A DNA stretch of 20,125 nt, from positions 1 through 20,125 of the forward strand of contig JAIPDR010000053.1 in assembly GCA_021737615.1 (NCBI GenBank), given 5' to 3'. Numbering within the stretch: the stretch's first letter is position 1; the number at the start of each line of letters is the position of its first letter. The translations under genes and the position numbers were made by a program. Source of the DNA: Desulfohalobiaceae bacterium (GTDB taxonomy: Bacteria > Desulfobacterota > Desulfovibrionia > Desulfovibrionales > Desulfothermaceae). Under the pieces are notes generated by a model, which worked only from the letters and a program-made list of their open reading frames with translations, was not told the DNA's origin and ran no database searches. Shown here piece by piece: positions 14,255 to 20,125 of the stretch.

Positions 14255-15783
14255 ACGCTTTCCCACTCAAACCCCACGATATTCCGTTTCTCACTGGAAA
14301 ACTCCACCCCGATCAAATAGACCTCCTGCCCGGCGAATTTTTCCGCGTACCCCCTGGCCTTGATCTGTTCCAGGGCCCCGGCTTGATCCGTGAGCTCCAC
14401 CACCTTGAACTCGATCAGATAGATCCGGTCCTCAAAACGCAGGGTCAGGTCCATCCTGCCCTTGTTCGTCGGCTCTTCAGGATGGACGTCCAGCCCAAGG
14501 GCTGCAAAATAACAGTAGACAATGGAGGCGTAGTAGCCTTCATACCCGGCCAATTGGTTCTTGCGATACCAGTCATGGGGGATGGAGGCGAAAAAGGCCT
14601 GAAACAGCTCACGGAGCTTATCCAGGTCATTGACTGAGAGGGCATCCAGCAGATCGGACTGATTTCTGGTCTTGGCCAGGCGGGCCTGGGATAGTCCGTT
14701 CAAAATGGAGTTGGTCAGACTGGCCTTGACCTCCATGTTGGGGTAACCAAGGCGATACCGGCTAAAGGCCCCGGTCTGGGAAAAGCCCCTGATAGTCAAG
14801 TAGCCGGTCTGGAAAAGAAGGGCCTCCGCAACAATTGAATCGATATCAAAACTGCCCACGATTTCCTCTCCCACGGTCAGGTCTTCCACTTCCGGGATGC
14901 TGTACCGGCCCTCCTGCAGCAGTTTGACCAGAAAACCCGGGGTTCCGGTTTCAAACCAATAATTCCGAAATTCCTTAGAATCCAAATACAGCAGAATATC
15001 AAAAGGGTTATAGACCTCGTCTCCCAGCCAGTTGTACCCATTGTACCACTGTTGGACCTGATCCTTATCCACCCCGTCCAAACGATCCACAAAGACCGTC
15101 TCCAATTCCTGCTGGGTATATCCACAAATCGCTGAAAAGCGCTTATCCAGGGTGATGTCCTTGAGGTTGTTCAAACCGCTGAACAAGGAAACCTTGCTGA
15201 ATTTGGAGACCCCGGTGATGAATACGAATTCTAGATAGGGATCGGCATCCTTGATCACTGAGTAGTAGTTCTTGAGCTCCTCTCTGATTTCCACAGCTGT
15301 TGCCGGTTTTTCAATATTGTCCAGGATGGGCTTGTCATATTCGTCCACCAGGACCACCACTTTTTGGCCGAATTGCCTGCACAAGGTGTGGATCAGTTCG
15401 GCGAAGCGGCTTCTCAAATCATCATAGCTGAAAGAAATTTTGTATTCTTTCGCATGCTCGGATAATATATAGGTAAAAGATTGCTGAAGCTCCTCAATAG
15501 TTCTCAGCACTCCGGAGCCAAAGCTGATATGGACCACCGGATTCGTCCGGTCCCAATCCCAGTGATCAAAAAGATACTGTCCTTGAAACAAGTCCTTTTT
15601 GCCTTGATAGGCGGCCTTGATGGTGCTCAGGAACAAACTCTTGCCGAAGCGCCTAGGCCGGGAGAGGAAGTAATAATCCCCGGCCTGGGCCAGCTCGCTG
15701 ATAAACCGTGTTTTATCGACATAGTAACAGTTGCTTTCAATCAGCTTTTCAAAGGTCTGAATGCCGATGGGCAGCTTTTTCAT
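14251..15783 (-). CDS. AAA-ATPase-like + PD-(D/E)XK nuclease superfamily protein (DUF1703 type)
   Basis: MKKLPIGIQTFEKLIESNCYYVDKTRFISELAQAGDYYFLSRPRRFGKSLFLSTIKAAYQGKKDLF...VVLVDEYDKPI; C-term NKGRMDLTLRFEDRIYLIEFKVVE...GYAEKFAGQEVYLIGVEFS. Confidence 0.93.
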   Translation of the reverse strand: MKKLPIGIQTFEKLIESNCYYVDKTRFISELAQAGDYYFLSRPRRFGKSLFLSTIKAAYQGKKDLFQGQYLFDHWDWDRTNPVVHISFGSGVLRTIEELQQSFTYILSEHAKEYKISFSYDDLRSRFAELIHTLCRQFGQKVVVLVDEYDKPILDNIEKPATAVEIREELKNYYSVIKDADPYLEFVFITGVSKFSKVSLFSGLNNLKDITLDKRFSAICGYTQQELETVFVDRLDGVDKDQVQQWYNGYNWLGDEVYNPFDILLYLDSKEFRNYWFETGTPGFLVKLLQEGRYSIPEVEDLTVGEEIVGSFDIDSIVAEALLFQTGYLTIRGFSQTGAFSRYRLGYPNMEVKASLTNSILNGLSQARLAKTRNQSDLLDALSVNDLDKLRELFQAFFASIPHDWYRKNQLAGYEGYYASIVYCYFAALGLDVHPEEPTNKGRMDLTLRFEDRIYLIEFKVVELTDQAGALEQIKARGYAEKFAGQEVYLIGVEFSSEKRNIVGFEWESV

Positions 15784-15794
15784 AAGGACAGGCT

Positions 15795-15845
15795 CCTGAT
15801 TTTGGATTGCGGATTTTGGATTGCGGATTGCAGATTTTGGATTTG
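15795..15845. repeat. R1 cluster directly upstream of the DUF1703-type gene
   Basis: GGATTGCGGATTTTGGATTGCGGATTGCAGATTTTGGATTTG. Confidence 0.8.
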
Positions 15846-15847
15846 AC

Positions 15848-15967
15848 GGAAGTGCCTAAAGTCGGGGAACACCTAAAGTATTCGGAATTATAAGAGCGGT
15901 CGCTGCAGTCTCCGTTCCGTCAACTTTAGTCGCTTTAGTTCACTTCTCAACTTTAGCTCACTTCTTC
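15848..15967. repeat. R2 inverted pair (GGAAGTGCCTAAAGT at 15848; CAACTTTAGTCGCTTTAGTTCACTTCTCAACTTTAGCTCACTTCTTC at 15921-15967)
   Basis: Right arm overlaps the stop codon (TAA at 15953) of the hybrid kinase gene. Confidence 0.75.
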
Positions 15968-18475
15968 TCCACCTCCCAAAGCCTTTTTGATATCCCGCAG
16001 CAAATTCTCCTTGTTGAATTGTTCTTTCTGGATGATATATTCGATCCTGCTGTTGAGCCACTCTATTTCTTCCTGGGTCATTTTTTTTCCGGAGACGATA
16101 ATAATCGGGATATGCTTGCCGGGCTCTTCTTTCTTCAGCCGGCCGATGACCTCAAAGCCGTCCACCTCCGGCATCGCCAGATCCAGGATGATCAGGTCCG
16201 GGGCCTGTTCCGAGACCCTGTCCAGCCCCTCCTGCCCGCCATAGGCCTTTCTGATCCTGTAGCCGTTGAGTTCTTCAAGGGACCTGGACAAAAGCTCCAC
16301 GGCCAGGGGATCATCGTCCACGATCAGGATATCGAAGATGGACCGTATTTTCTTCAGCCGCTCCAGCTCCCGGGTCAGCCGGTCCTTGTCGATCGGCTTG
16401 ACCAGATAGTCCACTGCCCCCAGGGAGAGGCCCAGTTCGCGGTTATCCAGCATGGAGATGCAGATAACCGGGATATCCTCGGTCTGGGGATCATTTTTAA
16501 GTTCTTCCAGGATATCCCAGCCGTCCCGGCCGGGCATGACGATATCCAGGGTCACGGCAAAGGGCTTGAATTTCCGGGCCAGCTGCACGGCCTCCAGGCC
16601 GTTGCAAGCCTGGACGACTTCATAGCCCTCGGCCTGGAGATAGGCTTTGAGGATCTCCTGAGCCTCCTTATCGTCATCGATGGTCAGGATCAACTTTTTG
16701 TCCGGATCCAGATCTTCAGAAGAAATCGCGGGGCTTTTTTCGAAAGTAGCCGGTGCTTGAACCGGAATGGTGAACCAGAAGCAGGAACCCTGGCCGTATT
16801 CGCTGTCCACTCCGATGCATCCGCCCATCATCTCCACCATTTTCTTGCAGATGGCCAGGCCCAGCCCGGTGCCTCCGGGCTTTTCCTTGAGGGGGCCGTC
16901 GATCTGCTGGAACTCATCAAAGACCTCTTCCAGGTGTTCGGTGCGGATACCCAGACCGGTGTCGGAGACACTGAAACGGATCATTTCCCCACCGGCCTCC
17001 CCCTTGAGCAGGTCGGTTTTGAGGCAGACCCTGCCTGATTCCGTGAATTTTACGGCGTTGGAGAGCAGGTTGATCAGAATCTGCTTGATGCGATTCTTGT
17101 CGTTGTACAAGGTGGATGGGATATCCGAGACGTCGAGACCAAAATTCAGGCCTTTTTTCTGAACCAGGGGGGCCACCATGTCTTGCACCGATTTCAGTAG
17201 CTCCCTGAGCTCGAATTCAGCAGGCTGGATCTCGATCTTGCCGGCCTCGATCTTGGACAGGTCCAGGACGTCATTGATCAGCCCCAACAGGTGCTGGGCG
17301 CTGTCATAGACCATGCCCAGCTGCTTGCGCTGCTCTTGGTTGAGCTCCCCTGCCAGCCCCTCCAGGAGGATTCCGCTGAAGCCGATGATGGAGTTCAGGG
17401 GAGAACGCAGCTCGTGGCTCATGTTGGCCAGAAACTGGGACTTGAGCCGGCCGGCCTCTTCCAGACGCTGGTTGGCTTCAGACAATTCCCGGGTCCGGCC
17501 TTCGACCTTTTGTTCCAAGGTCTCGGCATAGTCCTGCAAACGAGTTTCCGCCTGCCGGCGTTTCAAGATTTCGGCTTCCAGGGCCTGGTTGCGCTCCGAG
17601 AGTTCCCGGGTTTTGGCCCGGACCTGCCGTCTGAGGACCAGGGCGAATATAAAAAACAGGCCCCCCAGGCCCACGGCCGCGGCCAGTCCAAAGAGCAAAA
17701 CCCCGGGCACTTCCCGCTCCACCCGCCTGTCGAACCACTGCTCCAGGGTCTGGTGGTAGAAAGAATCCCGGTTCTGCTTCAAGGCGGACAGGCGCCGGTC
17801 AATGGCGGCAATCAGGTCCCGGCCTTGATCCTTGGGAAAAGCGAACCTGAGCTCCACCGGAGCCAGGACGATGGGTGTCCGCCTGACCTCGTATCTGTCT
17901 TCCTCGGCCAGGCCGTAGAGCCTGCTGATGATCCCGGCCTCCGCCGCTCCCCGATCCAGAACTTGAAAGACCTCTTTGTAGCCGCTGCAGAGCACATACT
18001 CGCAGGCAATGTTGAACTGCTTGAAGCGCTCGAAGGAGATCCCCCCTTGCATAACCGCGACCCTTTTTCCCTGGAGCTGCTCGACGTTTTCAATGTCCAA
18101 TCCCGAGCGGCTGTAGACCCGGGCCCAATTTGAGAGCACGGTCTCTCTGTTGAAGTCAAAAAGTTCGGCCCGGTCCCGGCTGTAGGCCACGTCCACCATG
18201 ATATCAAGCTCGCCCGCCTGCAGCCGGTCCAGGCACTGCTGCCAGGTCCCGGTCACATACTCCAGATCCCAGCCTTCCTGCCTCGCGATATACCCCAGAA
18301 GATCCACCCAGAGCCCAGCCGGATTCCCGGCCTCATCCAGGTAGACCTTGGGCTTGTTCTGATAAATGCCCACCCGGAGCGTCTCGGCCGCTGTCCCTGT
18401 AACCGGGAGCCAGGACAGGATTAGCAAAGTTAGCACAGGGGTCAGGCAGCGGAGTGTCATGTACAAGCTCTTCAC
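15953..18475 (-). CDS. Hybrid histidine kinase: signal peptide - SBP_bac_3 - TM - coiled coil - HisKA - HATPase_c - REC - REC
   Basis: MKSLYMTLRCLTPVLTLLILSWLPVTGTAAETLRVGIYQNKPKVYL...; LLFGLAAAVGLGGLFFIFALVL; LKSQFLANMSHELRSPLNSIIGFS; LDIVMPGRDGWDILEELK; DILIVDDDPLAVELLSRSLEE. Confidence 0.95.
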   Translation of the reverse strand: MKSLYMTLRCLTPVLTLLILSWLPVTGTAAETLRVGIYQNKPKVYLDEAGNPAGLWVDLLGYIARQEGWDLEYVTGTWQQCLDRLQAGELDIMVDVAYSRDRAELFDFNRETVLSNWARVYSRSGLDIENVEQLQGKRVAVMQGGISFERFKQFNIACEYVLCSGYKEVFQVLDRGAAEAGIISRLYGLAEEDRYEVRRTPIVLAPVELRFAFPKDQGRDLIAAIDRRLSALKQNRDSFYHQTLEQWFDRRVEREVPGVLLFGLAAAVGLGGLFFIFALVLRRQVRAKTRELSERNQALEAEILKRRQAETRLQDYAETLEQKVEGRTRELSEANQRLEEAGRLKSQFLANMSHELRSPLNSIIGFSGILLEGLAGELNQEQRKQLGMVYDSAQHLLGLINDVLDLSKIEAGKIEIQPAEFELRELLKSVQDMVAPLVQKKGLNFGLDVSDIPSTLYNDKNRIKQILINLLSNAVKFTESGRVCLKTDLLKGEAGGEMIRFSVSDTGLGIRTEHLEEVFDEFQQIDGPLKEKPGGTGLGLAICKKMVEMMGGCIGVDSEYGQGSCFWFTIPVQAPATFEKSPAISSEDLDPDKKLILTIDDDKEAQEILKAYLQAEGYEVVQACNGLEAVQLARKFKPFAVTLDIVMPGRDGWDILEELKNDPQTEDIPVICISMLDNRELGLSLGAVDYLVKPIDKDRLTRELERLKKIRSIFDILIVDDDPLAVELLSRSLEELNGYRIRKAYGGQEGLDRVSEQAPDLIILDLAMPEVDGFEVIGRLKKEEPGKHIPIIIVSGKKMTQEEIEWLNSRIEYIIQKEQFNKENLLRDIKKALGGGEEVS

Positions 18476-18525
18476 ATTGCGGATTTTGGATCTTCCGATT
18501 TTGAATCTCCCGATTTTGGAGATCT

Positions 18526-18872
18526 TTAGAGAGGCAAGAATTGAACATGAGTTAGCAGATCTTCAGGTTCGCCGGCAGTTGAAATGAGCTCCAGATCTCT
18601 TATACAAGTGCCGATCGTCGTCCCCATCGGATGGCAATAGATTACCCCCGCAAAAGGCGTTTCCTCCTTTTGTCGTTTTGCCGCCTCAGCGAGAAAATCG
18701 TCATCATGCGTGAAAAGCACCCGGCCCAGTTGTGTGGATCGGTCTAACAATTCTGAATCGTCCATCTCGTCGGAACCATCTTCATGTGGGCTGTCAGAAC
18801 ATCTACACCATGTAAACGCAGACCCAAGGTTATGGATCGGGGGACATTATGGTCCATATAAAGTGGAATCAC
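18526..18872 (-). pseudogene. DUF5615 (PIN-like) toxin-type gene with one frameshift near 18786; the track shows only the distal ORF 18526..18765
   Basis: GTG start at 18872: VIPLYMDHNVPRSITLGLRLHGVDVLTAH | frameshift | EDGSDEMDDSELLDRSTQLGRVLFTHDDDFLAEAAKRQKEETPFAGVIYCHPMGTTIGTCIRDLELISTAGEPEDLLTHVQFLPL. The span is 347 nt, not divisible by 3. Confidence 0.75.
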
Positions 18873-18874
18873 AA

Positions 18875-19204
18875 TCAGATCAGTCCCTTGGATTTGAGCC
18901 TGGCCGCGAGAGGGGTTTGGCCCTCGGTTTTTCGAGCCTGCCTCACAAAAGCAAGCCTTTTTTCAATGTCCCTATCAATCGCTTCCTGGTGATCCCAATA
19001 GTAAGCCAAAGCAGAGTATATCTGGCCAAGTGTCAGGTGAGGATGCTGAAAATACAGTTCTTCGGGGCTCCACCCGTAGGCGATCTTTTCCACAACGATC
19101 TCGATCACCTTCATGTTTGTTCCTGCTATGACCGGTACGCCTTTGGCATCCAGCGCCACGTGCTCATACCGTGTTTTCTCAACAGTCAATGACATGATCA
19201 TCAC
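18875..19204 (-). CDS. DUF433-family protein (putative antitoxin partner of the DUF5615 gene)
   Basis: GVPVIAGTNMKVIEIVVEKIAYGWSPEELYFQHPHLTLGQIYSALAYYWDHQEAIDRDI: conserved DUF433 pattern. Stops 2 nt before the downstream GTG. Confidence 0.85.
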   Translation of the reverse strand: MMIMSLTVEKTRYEHVALDAKGVPVIAGTNMKVIEIVVEKIAYGWSPEELYFQHPHLTLGQIYSALAYYWDHQEAIDRDIEKRLAFVRQARKTEGQTPLAARLKSKGLI

Positions 19205-19412
19205 CTTTTCCTTTCATCTCCTGTTTCATGGGTACCTCTTATCTTCTATACCAGAAGTTGGCATAAATTGCGCTTCTTATCTGCCGTCGATGACAGCTCT
19301 CCTGGGTCATGTGAGACAGGAGATGTATTTTGGGCCAACTTCTGGTATCTATTTGATAAATTGAAATATAAAAAAACTCAAAAGTCAAGAAACCACCCCC
19401 GTCCCTCCTCCT

Positions 19413-19571
19413 CTCCAATCCAAAATCCGCAATCCCTCCGGGGCATAGGCCCCTACGGGCCGGAGGCCAAAATCCAATATTCAATTCCTCCTCCCCATTC
19501 CCCATTCCCCATACCCCATTCCGCATTCCAAAATCCAAAATGTGAAGATCCAAAATCACCAGCCCCCGCAT
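19413..19571. repeat. R1 cluster with microsatellite-like CCCCATTCC units downstream of the GGDEF gene
   Basis: CCAATCCAAAATCCGCAATCCCTCCGGGG...CCCCATTCCCCATTCCCCATACCCCATTCCGCATTCCAAAATCCAAAATG. Confidence 0.8.
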
Positions 19572-20125
19572 ACCCTGTTCCTGCCCTCCGCCTTGGCCTG
19601 ATACAGGGCGCTGTCCGCGGCGGCCACCAGATCCTCTGGCGCAGCAGAGTCATCCGGAATGCGCCAGGCCACGCCCAGACTCACGGTCACATGTGCGGCC
19701 ACCGGTGAAGCCTCATGTGGGACATCCAGTTGCTGAACCCCGTCTTTGATTTTCTCTGCGAGCCTCATGGCTCCGCTCGCCCCGGTATGTGGCAGGATCA
19801 CGGCAAACTCCTCGCCCCCGTATCTGGCCGCGAGATCCCCAGGCCGTTTCACACTTTTTTTGAGCTGTTGGGCCACCTGCTGCAGGCACCAATCCCCCTG
19901 TTGGTGGCCGTAGGTATCGTTATAAGCCTTGAAATGATCGATATCCAGCATGATCAGGGACAGGGGGCTCTGATTCCGGGTCATACGCCGCCATTCCCGG
20001 TCCAGGGTCTGTTCGAACAGCCTGCGGTTGGCCACCCCGGTCAAGCCGTCCTGAAAGGACAACCGCTGGAGTTCTTCCTCCATCTTTTTCCGGTGGCTAA
20101 TGTCCCGGACAATCCCAACGGCGTG
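19556..20125 (-). CDS. PAS(PAC)-GGDEF diguanylate cyclase, 5' end beyond the window
   Basis: Open frame continues through 20125: HAVGIVRDISHRKKMEEELQRLSFQDGLTGVANRRLFEQTL...DHFKAYNDTYGHQQGD...RPGDLAARYGGEEFAVILP. Confidence 0.94.
   Translation of the reverse strand, partial: HAVGIVRDISHRKKMEEELQRLSFQDGLTGVANRRLFEQTLDREWRRMTRNQSPLSLIMLDIDHFKAYNDTYGHQQGDWCLQQVAQQLKKSVKRPGDLAARYGGEEFAVILPHTGASGAMRLAEKIKDGVQQLDVPHEASPVAAHVTVSLGVAWRIPDDSAAPEDLVAAADSALYQAKAEGRNRVCGGW

Noticed and set aside
14251-15783. Anti-phage defence system around the PD-(D/E)XK gene
   Set aside because: Neighbouring genes are all signalling proteins, and the family alone is not diagnostic of defence.
19239-19571. 110-aa minus-strand ORF (and 19268..19708 on plus)
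   Set aside because: Translation of R1 repeats and CCCCATTCC microsatellite (DLHILDFGMRNGVWGMGNGEEE); no evidence of coding.

Overview
The window is almost entirely minus-strand signal-transduction genes. The centrepiece is an rsbR-rsbS-rsbT stressosome module (12520..10747), translationally coupled to a HATPase+SpoIIE/RsbX-type phosphatase (10750..9701). Next comes a hybrid histidine kinase (9562..7319) whose N-terminus is an RsbT-like ATPase domain, then a receiver-only regulator, a REC-HD-GYP protein and a REC-PAS-HK-REC hybrid kinase. Upstream of the stressosome lie an SBP_bac_3 sensor with a Cys-rich tail, an AAA/PD-(D/E)XK (DUF1703-type) gene, an SBP_bac_3-HK-REC-REC hybrid kinase, a DUF433/DUF5615 toxin-antitoxin-like pair (toxin frameshifted) and a PAS-GGDEF gene cut by the window end. 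At the low-coordinate end are an MscS channel, a partial CaxA-type Na+/Ca2+ exchanger and a plus-strand internally deleted ATPase relic. No sigma-B, RsbV/W or RsbU gene is visible. The most unusual signal is two dispersed short-repeat families, R1 (TTTTGGATTTTGGATTGCGG) and R2 (GAAGTGCCTAAAGTT). They fill nearly every gap as convergent inverted arms, one arm at a start codon and the other at a stop codon. They also enter coding sequence: an in-frame insert in a receiver domain, a probable start codon plus signal-peptide n-region, and identical C-terminal tails on unrelated proteins. Two C-terminal fragments of four-helix-bundle (23S rRNA intervening-sequence-protein-like) genes are embedded in R1 arms, one inside a near-perfect 28-bp inverted repeat. 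All family names come from reading motifs; no database search was run.
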